A stretch of DNA of 64,000 bases from an uncultured Oribacterium sp. (GTDB taxonomy: Bacteria > Bacillota > Clostridia > Lachnospirales > Lachnospiraceae): positions 1,082-65,081 of the forward strand of contig CAMKKZ010000018.1 in the NCBI GenBank assembly GCA_946413525.1. Reading direction: 5' to 3'. Shown here piece by piece: positions 51,837-62,485 of the stretch. Below the pieces are notes generated by a model, which saw only the letters and a list, made by a program, of their open reading frames with translations, did no database searches and was not told the origin of the DNA. A program made the position numbers and the translations under genes. Each line of letters begins with the position of its first letter. The stretch's first letter is position 1.

Positions 51837-54125
51837 TTACCTCCTCTTATTCCGATTAAAATTGATAAGGCAGCCTGCCTTTACGATTTCCCGCTCGTTC
51901 TCCGTCATGTCCAGGATATAGAGGTGGATCTCCTCCGCCTTCCCGTCCTTGATGATGTAGGCAGGAATATCGGAAAGGTCGCCGTCCAGCGCCTTCCTCG
52001 CGCCCGGGACATAGATATAATCCCCGACTTCAAAGCCCGTCGGCTCGCCCTTCAAATGGAAGGGAAGCATGCCCCAGTTCATGCAGTTGGAACGGTAACG
52101 CTTGGTTGCGTACTCCTGTGTAATGTTGGCCAGCGCGCCAAGAACTCTCTGGCAGCTCGCGGCCTGCTCCCTCGCGGAGCCATCGCCGGGCTTATTGGCA
52201 TAGATCGTCGATCCAAGCTCCACATCTGCCGCGTCAATCTTCTCCTGCCCCGGGATGCCGCGGATCACGTCAAGGATAGCGGAGAGCTCGGAGCCGGGCT
52301 TCCCGGCGATACGCTCCCTTTCCATGGCCTGTACCGCCTTGGCGCGTCCCACATATTCCGGATCCCTGCGGGACAGGGTGAATTCCGCAAGCCCCAGCGG
52401 ATTGGAGCGGAAGGAGGAAGTCTCGCCGGAAGGGATCAGCTCGTCCGTCGTCGTGACCTCGTCAAGGATCTTTGAAACCACCTTCAGAAGGACATTTTCC
52501 CCAAGGGCCTCCTGCTCCGGCCAGTCCTTGATGTTCGGCCCGAAACGAAGCTCTTTGGAAGGCTCCGCCTTGTCAAAGCCCTGATAGACCCGGGACTTGT
52601 AGGAGCGGTCATCGTAATTGTACTCGGGAATGTCTCCCCAGCAGTCAAACTCCTCCGCGGATGTCAGCTTTCCGCCGTTTGCCGCCGTAGCCGCGATGGA
52701 ACGCGCGTCCATCAGCGCCACGGCCGCCATCTGCCCGTTGCCCGGCTTGCTGCCCTCCCGGTTCGGGAAGTTCCTGGTCGTATGACGGATTGCCAGGGCA
52801 TTGTTTGCCGGTGTATCCCCGGCGCCGAAGCAGGGGCCGCAGAAGGCCGTGCGGATGACCGCGCCGGCATCCATCAGGTCGGCCAGAAGCCCCTTCCTGT
52901 CCAGGTCGGTAAAAACAGGCTGAGAGGAAGGGTAGACGGAAAGATAGAACTCATCGAAGCCAATGCTCCTGCCCTTCAGGCAATGGGCTGCCTCCACGAC
53001 ATTGGTGTAATTGCCTCCGGCGCAGCCGCCGATCACGCCCTGCTGCACCTGGAGCTTCCCGTCCTTTGTCACCTTGTCAAGCAGCTTGAACTCCGCCCTT
53101 CCCTCGGCGACCCTCGCCGCCTCTTTTTCCGTCTCGCGGAGAATGTCCTCGAGATTCTCATACAGCTCGTCAATCTCATACCCGTTGGAAGGGTGGAAAG
53201 GCAGGGCGATCATCGGCTTTACCGTGGAAAGGTCCACATAGACACAGCCGTCGTAATAGGCCAGCTCCTCCGGCTCGACCTTGCGGAAATCACTTTCCCT
53301 GTTGTGCTTCGCAAGGAACGCCTTCGTATCCTCATCGGTCCGCCAGATGGAGGAAAGACATGTCGTTTCCGTCGTCATGACATCGATGCCGTTTCGGAAA
53401 TCCGTCGTCATGGTGGAAACGCCGGGACCCACGAATTCCATGACCTTATTCTTCACATAACCCTTCTTGAAAACGGCACGGATGATGGCAAGCGCAATAT
53501 CATGAGGACCGACATAGGGAGCCGGCTTCCCATCAAGGTAAATGGCCACGACCCCGGGATAGGCCACGTCATAGGTATCCCGAAGGAGCTGCTTCACCAG
53601 CTCGCCGCCGCCCTCGCCGATGGCCAGGGTCCCCAGCGCGCCGTAGCGGGTGTGGGAATCCGATCCCAGGATCATCTTGCCGCCTCCCGCGAAATTCTCC
53701 CGCATGTACTGGTGGAGCACCGCGATGTGGGGAGGCACAAAGATGCCGCCGTATTTTTTCGCCGCCGAAAGCCCAAAGAGGTGGTCATCGTCATTAATGG
53801 TGCCGCCAACGGCGCAGAGCGAATTGTGGCAGCAGGTCAGGACATACGGGATTGGGAATTTGTCCATCCCGGAGGCCCTTGCCGTCTGCACAATGCCCAC
53901 ATAGGTAATGTCATGGGATGTCATCGCGTCGAAACGGATCTGAAGCTTTTCCATATCCCCGGAAATATTATGGGATTTCAGAATGCCATAGGCCATGGTT
54001 CCCTTTTTCGCTTCTTCCCTGTCCGCAGCCCTTCCCAAAAGCTGCTCAACCTTCGCGGACTCCGATTCCGGGACAAGCTCCTTTCCCTTCACCAGGTAAA
54101 CGCCGCCGTCATAAAGCTTTACCAT
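51837..54125 (-). CDS. aconitase-superfamily hydratase of unknown specificity (fused large + swivel domains)
   Basis: 762 aa; [14 protein letters not shown] and FCGPCFG Fe-S ligand motifs, C-terminal swivel [11 protein letters not shown]; not the canonical GSCTN aconitase signature. Confidence 0.8.
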   Translation of the reverse strand: MVKLYDGGVYLVKGKELVPESESAKVEQLLGRAADREEAKKGTMAYGILKSHNISGDMEKLQIRFDAMTSHDITYVGIVQTARASGMDKFPIPYVLTCCHNSLCAVGGTINDDDHLFGLSAAKKYGGIFVPPHIAVLHQYMRENFAGGGKMILGSDSHTRYGALGTLAIGEGGGELVKQLLRDTYDVAYPGVVAIYLDGKPAPYVGPHDIALAIIRAVFKKGYVKNKVMEFVGPGVSTMTTDFRNGIDVMTTETTCLSSIWRTDEDTKAFLAKHNRESDFRKVEPEELAYYDGCVYVDLSTVKPMIALPFHPSNGYEIDELYENLEDILRETEKEAARVAEGRAEFKLLDKVTKDGKLQVQQGVIGGCAGGNYTNVVEAAHCLKGRSIGFDEFYLSVYPSSQPVFTDLDRKGLLADLMDAGAVIRTAFCGPCFGAGDTPANNALAIRHTTRNFPNREGSKPGNGQMAAVALMDARSIAATAANGGKLTSAEEFDCWGDIPEYNYDDRSYKSRVYQGFDKAEPSKELRFGPNIKDWPEQEALGENVLLKVVSKILDEVTTTDELIPSGETSSFRSNPLGLAEFTLSRRDPEYVGRAKAVQAMERERIAGKPGSELSAILDVIRGIPGQEKIDAADVELGSTIYANKPGDGSAREQAASCQRVLGALANITQEYATKRYRSNCMNWGMLPFHLKGEPTGFEVGDYIYVPGARKALDGDLSDIPAYIIKDGKAEEIHLYILDMTENEREIVKAGCLINFNRNKRR

Positions 54126-54135
54126 AATGTCATAT

Positions 54136-54180
54136 CCTCCTCTATTAAAGTGGTTTCTGCTTATCTTATACTCTTTAACG
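54136..54180. repeat. degenerate two-hairpin repeat remnant, cluster g
   Basis: CCTCCTCTATTAAAGTGGTTTCTGC.. keeps SD and left arm of hairpin B only. Confidence 0.5.
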
Positions 54181-54187
54181 CCGGCTT

Positions 54188-54295
54188 TTGCCTATGCCTA
54201 TTTTACAGATCTGCGAAACTCAGAAGTGCAATCCTTGATACAATAATGCGCTGAAATTGCCTATGCCAATTTTACAGTTCTGCGAAACTCAGAAG
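54188..54295. repeat. 40-bp direct repeat x 2 (69-bp period)
   Basis: TTGCCTATGCC(T/A)ATTTTACAG(A/T)TCTGCGAAACTCAGAAG at 54188 and 54257. Confidence 0.8.
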
Positions 54296-54408
54296 GCTCT
54301 GCGCAGTAATTTTGAATAGAATTACGTTAACGAGTATAATTGCCGGCAAATAGATGCTGAATCGCGGCAAGGCTTTCCTGCCATGAAAAGCTGCTGCCTC
54401 TCTGAAAA

Positions 54409-56385
54409 TCAATCCTCATCCTGTATCAGGCCTTCCTTCACAAGCTGCTGCTTCAGGAAACGGAGCTGCCCGCCGGCCAGCACCACCTCCATCTCGCTGT
54501 CGGAAAGCTCAAGCCGGGTATAGAAGCTGAGTCCCTTTGTCTTGTCCTCCACCAGGACCCTGCGGCCCCGAATCTGATCCGGAAAGTCGCGGATCTCGAT
54601 TTCATCCATCAGCTCCACCCGGTCATAATCCGCCGGGTTTTCAAACAGCATCGGAACAATGCCGTGATTGATCAGGTTGCCTTTGTGGATCCTGGCAATG
54701 CTCTTCGCAATCACGCACTTCACCCCAAGGTACATCGGATTGATCGCGGCATGCTCCCTGGAGCTCCCCTGTCCGTAATTCTCGCCCCCGATGATGATGG
54801 ACCGCTGCATCTCCCTGGCACGCTCTGAAAATTCCGGATCATAGCGGTTGTAGCAGTATTTCGACATGAGCGGGATATTGGAACGCATGCTGGAAAACTC
54901 CGCGCCCGCCGGGGTAATGTCGTCCGTGGAAATATTGTCCCCTCCCTTCAGGGAAATCCCGCAGTTCAAATGCTGCGCCGGCTTTTCAGGAACCGGGAGA
55001 TATTTGATGTTCGGCCCCTTCACGACCTCCACCTTCGCCGCTTCCTCTTCCGGAAGGGGCGGGATCAGCAGGGAATCATCGATCTCATAGGACAGCGGCT
55101 CATGGATTTCCGCGAGCTTTGCCACATCCTCCCCGAGAATGTCCTCCGCCGTCGCGAAGGTTCCCTTGATAGCCGTAGCCGCGGCGGACTCCGGGCTTAC
55201 AAGATAGATATTCGCGTTCGGGGATCCCGCGCGGCCGCGGAAATTCCTGTTGGAGGTACGCACCGCAATGCCGTTTGTGGGCGGAACCTGCCCGATGGCG
55301 CAGCATGGACCGCAGGCAATTTCCAGAATACGCACGCCCGCGTCAATCAGCATCTCAAGATAGCCGTCCTTCATCAGTTGCTTGTAAACCTGCCTCGACG
55401 AGATCCCCAGCGTACACTGCACGCATTCATTGACATGCCTGCCCTGCATGACGAGCGCCGCCTTCGCGAGATCCGCGTAAGAGGCGTTGGTGCAGGAACC
55501 CATGAACACCTGCTGCACGGGCGGATGATCCTTTAAATCCTTCATAGGGATCACATTGTCCGGCTGATGGGGCAGTGCGATCAGCGGCTCCAGGGCGGAC
55601 AGGTCGATCTCCATTTCCCCGTCATATTCCGCGTCCTGATCCGGAAGCAGCTCCACATAATCCTTGCCCCTCCCCTGGGCCTCCAGAAAGCGCTTCACCA
55701 CGGCGTCCGCCGGGAAAATCGACGAGGTCGCGCCCATTTCCGCGCCCATGTTGGTGATCGTCATGCGCTCAGGAACCTCCAGGTTCTCCGCCCCCTCGCC
55801 GGTGTATTCATAAACCTTTCCAAGACCGCCCTTGACCGTAAGCCTCCGGAGCATTTCCAGAATGACTTCCTTCGCGTTGACGCCGGGACGAAGCTTTCCC
55901 TTCAGATTCACGCGGATGACCTCCGGCATGGTAAGGCGCATCGGTACACCCGTCATCGCCGTGGCCACGTCCATACCGCCCACGCCGATGGCCAGCATCC
56001 CCACCGCGCCGCTGGAGGGCGTATGGCTGTCTCCTCCCATCAGCACCTTCCCGGGAGCCGCGAAACGCGACGTATGTATTGTATGGCAGATGCCATTGCC
56101 CGGGCGGGATACATAAACACCATATTTCTCCGCGGCCGTCCTTAAGTAAATGTGGTCGTCCGGCGTCTTGAAGTCGATGTACAGAAGATTGTGATCCAGA
56201 TTGGAGACGCTCAGCTCGGTCCGGGCACGGGGAAGCCCCACAGCCTCAAAGGCCAGGTAGGTCATAACCGCGTTGATATCATGCGTCAGGGTCTGGTCAA
56301 CCTTCAAAAAAACATCCTTGCCAGGCTCCATAACGCCTGAAACAAGATGTGACTGGATGATTTTACGTGTCAGATTCATTCCCAT
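54409..56385 (-). CDS. aconitate hydratase (short clostridial type)
   Basis: 658 aa; GDSHT, MGSCTNASY, ACGPC Fe-S motifs plus swivel domain. Confidence 0.85.
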   Translation of the reverse strand: MGMNLTRKIIQSHLVSGVMEPGKDVFLKVDQTLTHDINAVMTYLAFEAVGLPRARTELSVSNLDHNLLYIDFKTPDDHIYLRTAAEKYGVYVSRPGNGICHTIHTSRFAAPGKVLMGGDSHTPSSGAVGMLAIGVGGMDVATAMTGVPMRLTMPEVIRVNLKGKLRPGVNAKEVILEMLRRLTVKGGLGKVYEYTGEGAENLEVPERMTITNMGAEMGATSSIFPADAVVKRFLEAQGRGKDYVELLPDQDAEYDGEMEIDLSALEPLIALPHQPDNVIPMKDLKDHPPVQQVFMGSCTNASYADLAKAALVMQGRHVNECVQCTLGISSRQVYKQLMKDGYLEMLIDAGVRILEIACGPCCAIGQVPPTNGIAVRTSNRNFRGRAGSPNANIYLVSPESAAATAIKGTFATAEDILGEDVAKLAEIHEPLSYEIDDSLLIPPLPEEEAAKVEVVKGPNIKYLPVPEKPAQHLNCGISLKGGDNISTDDITPAGAEFSSMRSNIPLMSKYCYNRYDPEFSERAREMQRSIIIGGENYGQGSSREHAAINPMYLGVKCVIAKSIARIHKGNLINHGIVPMLFENPADYDRVELMDEIEIRDFPDQIRGRRVLVEDKTKGLSFYTRLELSDSEMEVVLAGGQLRFLKQQLVKEGLIQDED

Positions 56386-56435
56386 AGTTTACTCCCCTTA
56401 ATTATCAGATAGATGTATTGACAAATCAGACTATC

Positions 56436-56680
56436 TTGACTTCTGACAAGCCGGCACGGTATTAAAAAACACGCCCATTCTGATCATGCGCTCTTTTATT
56501 AAAGTGGTTTTTTCGCCAGTTTAATTCCGGACAAATATCTGCGGTATCGCAGGCTATATGCTTCCTTAATCAAAGTGGTCTTCCGCCCGTTTTAATTCCT
56601 GATACGCAGCTTCGGCACCGCTGTCGCAGGCTATTTGACTCCTTAATCTGAATGGGTGTGCCGCTCTGACTTCTCACAAA
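56436..56680. repeat. two-hairpin intercistronic repeat, cluster h (2 units + fragments)
   Basis: TTATTAAAGTGGTTTTTTCGCCAGTTTAATTCCGGACAAATATCTGCGGTATCGCAGGCTATATGCTTCC and a more divergent second unit. Confidence 0.8.
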
Positions 56681-56721
56681 TCAAGGTAATGTGTAACGAC
56701 TCATGTACTGTATTTGAATTA

Positions 56722-57543
56722 TCAGGTATTCGGATTGTCAAGCATCCTCTCCGCTTCCTCTTCCGTCCACAGCCCCTTCCGGTCCTTAAGTATGCTTTCA
56801 AGCAGCGGTTCCGCCTTTTCCTTTTCTCCCCTCCGGAGAAAGAACGAGGCCATTTCCAGCTCCATCTCCTTTCGGTGTATCAGGTTCGTCGAGAGCTCTA
56901 TCTCTTCGCTAAGGAAGGCGGTATCCGTTTCGTCTGATGCCAGAAGGGCGTTCCTCCTGGCCTCCGAAAGCCGGATACAGATTCCCAGATTTTGCGCCAG
57001 CATCCTCGCCCTGTGCTCCGCCGCCTCCTTAAGAGAGCCCATATCCTTTATATACCCCTCCGCCTTTTCCGCATCCTTCCGGAGAAGGGCCAGATTACAG
57101 CGCTGGTTCACGATCAGGGCTGTAGTGGGAAGGGCATGCATGCGGAGCTTTTCGGGCTCCACACTGTTTACCAGCCTCTCCGCTTCCTCGAATTTCCCAA
57201 TAGCCTCATACGCGAAGGACAGCTTCTGAACTCCGTTCACATATTCAGAAAGCTCATGAGGTATCTTCTCATTCATGGGACCGAACACCCGGATATATTC
57301 CTCCGGCTTTGTATCCCGGAAAAGGAGCGCATCAATTTCCCGAAGCCTCCGGCTTGCCAGGATCATGGCCAGCACCCTCCCAAGGACGCCGCCAAGTATA
57401 ATAAAGAGGCCCATGAAAAATATTCGCCCGTATTCCTGCCCGACAAGGATCTCCCCATGGTAATAAAAAAGGAAGAACAGCCCGGCCGATACTGCACAAA
57501 CAAACATCAATACATAAGTAGTCCATTTATAATATACGGCCAT
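56722..57543 (-). CDS. hypothetical membrane protein with helical-repeat (TPR-like) C-terminal domain
   Basis: 273 aa; two TM (YVLMFVCAVSAGLFFLFYY, FFMGLFIILGGVLGRVLAMIL) then amphipathic helices; no specific motif. Confidence 0.5.
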   Translation of the reverse strand: MAVYYKWTTYVLMFVCAVSAGLFFLFYYHGEILVGQEYGRIFFMGLFIILGGVLGRVLAMILASRRLREIDALLFRDTKPEEYIRVFGPMNEKIPHELSEYVNGVQKLSFAYEAIGKFEEAERLVNSVEPEKLRMHALPTTALIVNQRCNLALLRKDAEKAEGYIKDMGSLKEAAEHRARMLAQNLGICIRLSEARRNALLASDETDTAFLSEEIELSTNLIHRKEMELEMASFFLRRGEKEKAEPLLESILKDRKGLWTEEEAERMLDNPNT

Positions 57544-57640
57544 AGCTGTTCTCCCCCCGCTATCATACTCTGCTCTATTCTGTTTTTATCGTTTAAACAC
57601 AAGTCCTGTCTCAATGCATTTCATCCTGCTTAAGACAGGC

Positions 57641-57750
57641 CTCAATCCTGATTTCTGATTCAGATAGATATCAATCCTGATTCGAAAATCATCATTCTTG
57701 ATTCAAAAATCATCGATTCTGATTCGGAAATCATCAATACTGATTCAAGC
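57641..57750. repeat. ~21-bp x 5 tandem array
   Basis: TCATC(A/G)ATTCTGATTC(A/G)(A/G)AAA-type units between membrane-protein start and transporter stop. Confidence 0.75.
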
Positions 57751-57811
57751 TGTACCCGATCAGACTTTTCATTCTCGTTTTCCCTTGAAGCATCCTTGCG
57801 GAGCCTTCCGA

Positions 57812-59137
57812 TCAGTGAAGCCAGAAGGAGAAGAGGAAGGAAGCCACGATCAGGACAATGCCGCCGCCAAGCCTGGAGCTAAGCTGCGCGTAAGCGATCA
57901 GATCCATACGGTCTGCAGCGCCAAGGCAGGCAAGGTCGCCGTTTCCGCCACGGTTCGCCATGCAAAGGCCGGCCGTAAGGGCGGAGTCAATGGGATAGAA
58001 ACCTACAAGGTAGCCGATGCCGCCGGCTCCGATGATGGCTCCGATGACAATGAAAAGTGCCATAATGATGTTGCCGGGTGCCATGGCGGTGAAGAGCTCG
58101 CCAAGGTTGAAGTCCGCGCCCATGCCGCACATGATGATGATACCCAGCTTGCCGGAGAAGAAGCTCTGCAGCCTCTTGGCGCCGGCGCGCACACGGGCAG
58201 GGATCAGGCCTGTCGCCGCAAGGATGACCACGAAGATGATCATATAGGCATAGGCATGGATCGGGGCACCCGCAATTTCCGGAAGGATGACCTTGTTCAT
58301 GATGCGGCCCACGCTGTAGCAGGCGAAGGCCAGAAGGAACGCGCCGGCAAGGTCGTCATTATCCGTTTTGATCTTTGCGTCGTCCCTTGTCAGGTTGCCG
58401 CCCTTCCGGATCAGCGTCTTCTTGTCGCCTGTGAGGGAGGGAACCTTCTCTCCCAGAGCGTTCAGCGCGGCAGAGGCGATGATACAGAAGATGTTCGCGA
58501 TGGTCAGAATGATGATGGCAAAGGAATAATAATCCGCCGAAGGCTCCCCTGTGATCTGATTATAAATCTGGGAAAGGGGAACGGCACCGGCGCCGTTTCC
58601 GCCGCCCATGATCGGCAGCACATACTTGATGATTGCTTCCGTCGGCTTGACACCGAAAGGAATACCGCTTATGACGCCCAGAACCATGGCTGCCGCAAGG
58701 CCGCCCAGTATCGCCGGAATATAGCCTGCGAAGGAGCGAAGAAGGATATCCCTGTCAAGGGAAAGAACCGAGCCGACAATCAACATGACGATGAACATTT
58801 CCAGGAAGTTCGCATCGTCAGAGATAAAGCTGTTAATGGCGTCCAGCCCCTCCTGAGGGACATAACCAAACTGCTTTAGAATCGCCACGCCAAAGAATGT
58901 AAGCAGAAGGCCGCCGCCGATATACTTGTTCCAAATAGGGATACGCTCGCCAAGCTCATTAAAAATAACCGCGAGACCAAAGCAGATTGCCAATGTCCCC
59001 GTCATGGTGGTGGACTGCACCATGGAGTCCCCCGCCTTGATGTACATGGGACAAAGGCAGAGGGCAACGCAGATAAGCGCCAGCCACCAGGGCTGCCCGC
59101 CGAGCCAGAGCCCGGATCTTTCATTTGTGTCTGACAT
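57812..59137 (-). CDS. 2-hydroxycarboxylate transporter (CitS/MleP family)
   Basis: Polytopic protein resembling citrate:Na+ / malate permeases; start MSDTNERSG at 59137 with AAGGAGG 6 nt upstream. Confidence 0.75.
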   Translation of the reverse strand: MSDTNERSGLWLGGQPWWLALICVALCLCPMYIKAGDSMVQSTTMTGTLAICFGLAVIFNELGERIPIWNKYIGGGLLLTFFGVAILKQFGYVPQEGLDAINSFISDDANFLEMFIVMLIVGSVLSLDRDILLRSFAGYIPAILGGLAAAMVLGVISGIPFGVKPTEAIIKYVLPIMGGGNGAGAVPLSQIYNQITGEPSADYYSFAIIILTIANIFCIIASAALNALGEKVPSLTGDKKTLIRKGGNLTRDDAKIKTDNDDLAGAFLLAFACYSVGRIMNKVILPEIAGAPIHAYAYMIIFVVILAATGLIPARVRAGAKRLQSFFSGKLGIIIMCGMGADFNLGELFTAMAPGNIIMALFIVIGAIIGAGGIGYLVGFYPIDSALTAGLCMANRGGNGDLACLGAADRMDLIAYAQLSSRLGGGIVLIVASFLFSFWLH

Positions 59138-59535
59138 TTCGTTCCTCCTTTTCAGACGTTTCGAAGTAGAGCAAAGCAGCAACATTACAGAGTATAACAA
59201 AAAGAAAAGTATTATTCATCAAAAAAAATTTTAATTTTTCACCGCCTGTACACCATCTGTGCGTTTGCCATTCAAAGCGATTTTTTGACGCGTGATGAAA
59301 GGAAGATGTTTCTGAAAAATAATGCGAAAATAATGTTTAATGCGCTTGCCGCCCAGGCTGCCGGGCGATTTTATGATTCATTTCGAGACGAAGCTGCTTT
59401 CAAAAAAATGCTTAATGCACTTCCACCCATGGCAATATTATGGACGGGCTTTGCCGGAGTCAAACAACGCTGATAAGGCTTTGGATGAATTCCCGGCCGA
59501 TATTGCAAGGACGCGGGGACACAAGGGCAATTTCC

Positions 59536-60717
59536 TCAGCCCCTGGCTTCAATGCCCTTGATGGTTTCCAGCAGGTAATCGGTGAACTCCGCGGCGCTGG
59601 CATCCTCCACCTGCGTAGTGACCACCAGCTTCCGTTCCGTCACCGTGCATATCTCCAGGGCTTCCTCAAGGATTGCCTTCCTGTCCGCATAGCCGATGTG
59701 GGCCATCATCTGCCCCATGGCGCGGATCAGGGAGCAGGGATCCGCATAATTCCCTCTCCCATGGCTCATAAGATAAGGAGCCGTCCCGTGAATCGCCTCA
59801 AAGAGCGCGTACTTGTTTCCGATATTCGATGAGCAGGCCGTCCCCAAGCCGCCCTGATGCTCCGCCGCCACGTCCGTGACAATGTCGCCGTAAAGGTTGG
59901 GAAGCACGATGACCTCTATGCCCTTGTTGAATTCCGGATCCAGCATCTTCGCCGCCATCGCGTCCACCAGCTTCTCCGTCACCTCGATCTCCGGGTATTC
60001 CTCCTCGCCGATACGATGCACCGTCTTGATAAAGTTGCCATCCACCAGCTTCACGATGTTCCCCTTGGTTACGATGGTCACGTTCTTTTTGCCGTTCTTC
60101 CGGGCGAATTCAAAGGCCGCCCTCGCGATCCTCTCCGCGCCCGGCTTCGTCAGGACCTTGAAATCAATGGCCAGATCCTCGTTCACCTCGATGCCCTTGT
60201 TGCCCCAGATATATTCGCCTTCTATATTCTCACGGAAGAAGGTCCAGTCAATGCCCTTGTCCGGGATCCGGATCGGACGGACAGCGGCGAAGAGGTTCAG
60301 CCCCCTCCTGAGAAGGGAATTGGCGCTGACCAGGTTCGGGAGCCCTTCCCCTGCCCTCGGCGTAACAAAGGGGCCCTTGACCAGCACGTCGCACTTTTTG
60401 CACTCCTCAAAAACCTCGTCCGGAAGGGACTGCATCTTCGCCACCCGGTTTTCAATCGTCATTCCTTCGATAATGCGGATCTCCACCCGTCCGGAAGCAA
60501 TCTCCCCCTTCAAGAGCTCCTTCACCACCCTGAGTGCCTGCTCCATGATGATGGGGCCGATGCCGTCACCCGGCAGGATGCCGATGACAATGTGGGAAAG
60601 CTTCGAAAAATCCTTGACCTCCGTATCCTCCTTCATCTTTTCAATCCGCTCATACTCCCCGCGAATCAGCTCGGCAAATTTCTCCGATGCAATCCGAATC
60701 TCCTCTTCCCGCGTCAT
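59536..60717 (-). CDS. isocitrate/isopropylmalate dehydrogenase family protein (NAD-IDH-like)
   Basis: 393 aa; ILPGDGIGPII, NLYGDIVTD, ~40-aa N-terminal helical extension. Confidence 0.85.
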   Translation of the reverse strand: MTREEEIRIASEKFAELIRGEYERIEKMKEDTEVKDFSKLSHIVIGILPGDGIGPIIMEQALRVVKELLKGEIASGRVEIRIIEGMTIENRVAKMQSLPDEVFEECKKCDVLVKGPFVTPRAGEGLPNLVSANSLLRRGLNLFAAVRPIRIPDKGIDWTFFRENIEGEYIWGNKGIEVNEDLAIDFKVLTKPGAERIARAAFEFARKNGKKNVTIVTKGNIVKLVDGNFIKTVHRIGEEEYPEIEVTEKLVDAMAAKMLDPEFNKGIEVIVLPNLYGDIVTDVAAEHQGGLGTACSSNIGNKYALFEAIHGTAPYLMSHGRGNYADPCSLIRAMGQMMAHIGYADRKAILEEALEICTVTERKLVVTTQVEDASAAEFTDYLLETIKGIEARG

Positions 60718-61006
60718 GGCAAATTATCCTCCATTTTCAAATTATATGGCTTTACAAATATGCACAAATTCTCTTGAAGCTTCATGAATATCCATGTGCT
60801 TTTTTCTGATTTTCATTATAATCAAAGCCAGCACATAAGTAAAATATATAGTTTGGCATATATGGTATGCAATTTTTTTTATGTCTTAGTGATGATTCAT
60901 TTTTAAGCCCCTGAATCGATTCGGAAAGGTTTTGACGCGCTCCAAGGAAAAGCGCGTCAAAATCCTCCCTTTGGTCGGACAAACCCTTTCGGGGTTCGCC
61001 AAGTAC

Positions 61007-61043
61007 GGACATAAATGTTCCTGAAGTAACATTCATGTCCTAT
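61007..61043. repeat. CATGAATG-type palindromic hairpin (copy 3)
   Basis: GGACATAAATGTTCC-TGAAG-TAACATTCATGTCC immediately downstream of the LysR stop. Confidence 0.6.
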
Positions 61044-61047
61044 TGAT

Positions 61048-62154
61048 TTATTCCTCTCCTCCGAATTCCTGCTGCATCAGTTCAATGAGGTAACGTTCCG
61101 CGCGGTCAAGATAAACGTCTTCTTTATATATAACATTGACATCCCAGGCGCTTTCTTCCCCTGCATGAAAAACAGAAAGCTCCTTCATGGAACGCATGGC
61201 CATCAGCACCCGCTCCGGAACAATGGTGATTCCCAGTCCCGCCTTGGCAAGCTCCGCGGCGGAAAGACAGCTTGACACCTCCATGGCCTCCTTCGGGAAA
61301 AAACCGGCCTTCCTCATAATGACATCCGTCTTTTTCCGGATGTACTGGCCCCTCCGCATGATAATGAACGGAAGACGGCGAAGCTTTTTGATGTCAGCGA
61401 CGGGAATATCCTCCGACCGGGTCAGAACCCCCTCATAGCTGCTTTTCCGCACGGCATCCGCCCCCATCCCATCTATCAGAGTGGTTTTTTGCAACTCTGA
61501 ATTCTGACATGGCGACCCGCCTGCGGGACAAGTCGGCTCATCCGGTCCCTCACTTCCTGAATGGAATCCGCTGCCCTGGCCATCAATGGCCATGTCCCTT
61601 TCGCATGAAAGCCCAAGTTCCGCCTCCACCATACCGGCCGCCGCCACCAGCAGAATCCTCTCCCTATAGATACGCTCACATTTCAGCCCGGCGGGAAAAT
61701 CCGTTTCCTCCCCCGGCAGTATGGCAAGTGAGAGCTTGTCCTTTTCCAGATCGCGGATAATGTCATCCGATTTGGACTCGGAAAGCCTGATCTGGATTCC
61801 CGGGAAAAGCTCCCGGAATTTCCCGGCCACCCTGGGGAGCATATAACCGGCTCGTTCCGTCGGGATGCCAAGGCGTATCTCCCCCTTCTCCCCATGCCCG
61901 ATGTCCCGAAGCTCCCTCCGGAGATTGTCCCGGAGCTTCAGGATCTGCCGCGCCGTCGAAATATACTTCTCCCCGGCATAGGTAAGCGTGATCGGATTGC
62001 TCTTCCGATCAAACAGCTTTACATCCATCTCTTCCTCCACCTTTGAAACAATATGGGAAAGAGCTGGCTGCGAGATATACAGCCGCCGGGCCGCCTTCGT
62101 AATGCTGCCCTGATCGGCAATGGTCGTCATATAAACAAGCTCACGAAAATCCAT
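61048..62154 (-). CDS. LysR family transcriptional regulator carrying an in-frame repeat-element insertion
   Basis: HTH GSITKAARRLYISQPALSHIVSKVEEEM; start MDFRELVYM at 62154; effector domain about 55-60 aa longer than typical LysR proteins around 61440-61620. Confidence 0.8.
   Translation of the reverse strand: MDFRELVYMTTIADQGSITKAARRLYISQPALSHIVSKVEEEMDVKLFDRKSNPITLTYAGEKYISTARQILKLRDNLRRELRDIGHGEKGEIRLGIPTERAGYMLPRVAGKFRELFPGIQIRLSESKSDDIIRDLEKDKLSLAILPGEETDFPAGLKCERIYRERILLVAAAGMVEAELGLSCERDMAIDGQGSGFHSGSEGPDEPTCPAGGSPCQNSELQKTTLIDGMGADAVRKSSYEGVLTRSEDIPVADIKKLRRLPFIIMRRGQYIRKKTDVIMRKAGFFPKEAMEVSSCLSAAELAKAGLGITIVPERVLMAMRSMKELSVFHAGEESAWDVNVIYKEDVYLDRAERYLIELMQQEFGGEE
61471..61543. repeat. 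two-hairpin repeat (type III unit) inside the LysR coding sequence
   Basis: ATCTATCAGAGTGGTTTTTTGCAACTCTGAATTCTGACATGGCGACCCGCCTGCGGGACAAGTCGGCTCATCC, same orientation as intergenic copies, read through in frame. Confidence 0.85.
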
Positions 62155-62157
62155 ATT

Positions 62158-62262
62158 TCCTCTTCTATTCAGAGTGGTTTTTTGTCGCTCTGAGTTCTGA
62201 CACTGCGAACAGCATGCGGGGCAAACTGGCTCTTCTATAAAGAGTGGGAATTTGTCCAATTA
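62158..62262. repeat. two-hairpin intercistronic repeat, cluster i (type III unit + fragment)
   Basis: CTTCTATTCAGAGTGGTTTTTTGTCGCTCTGAGTTCTGACACTGCGAACAGCATGCGGGGCAAACTGGCTCTTC; abuts LysR start. Confidence 0.85.
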
Positions 62263-62485
62263 AATATAAATCATCTTAGTCTTTGTCGGTTGCAGGATAA
62301 GAAAGCTCCGTGTACGCCGTCATCTTCATAAACCTGTGGATGTATTTACCGCATCCCCCCTCTTTTTTTCGTAATATAATTTTACCACAAGCAGGCTTTC
62401 ATATCCACGAATAAAATGACCTTGACAGAGCTTTTGAACACTCTGAGTTGTTTTTCTCATTTCACACTCTTAAAGATTCCGTCCC

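Noticed and set aside
59285-59473. 62-aa plus-strand ORF upstream of the transporter gene
   Set aside because: It starts at TTG without an SD and lies in the promoter/leader region of a minus-strand gene. It shows no recognisable features.
60782-61036. 84-aa minus-strand ORF between the LysR and IDH-like genes
   Set aside because: It is AT-rich, overlaps the palindromic hairpin at 61007-61043, has no SD and has an implausible composition. The region more likely holds the IDH-like gene promoter.
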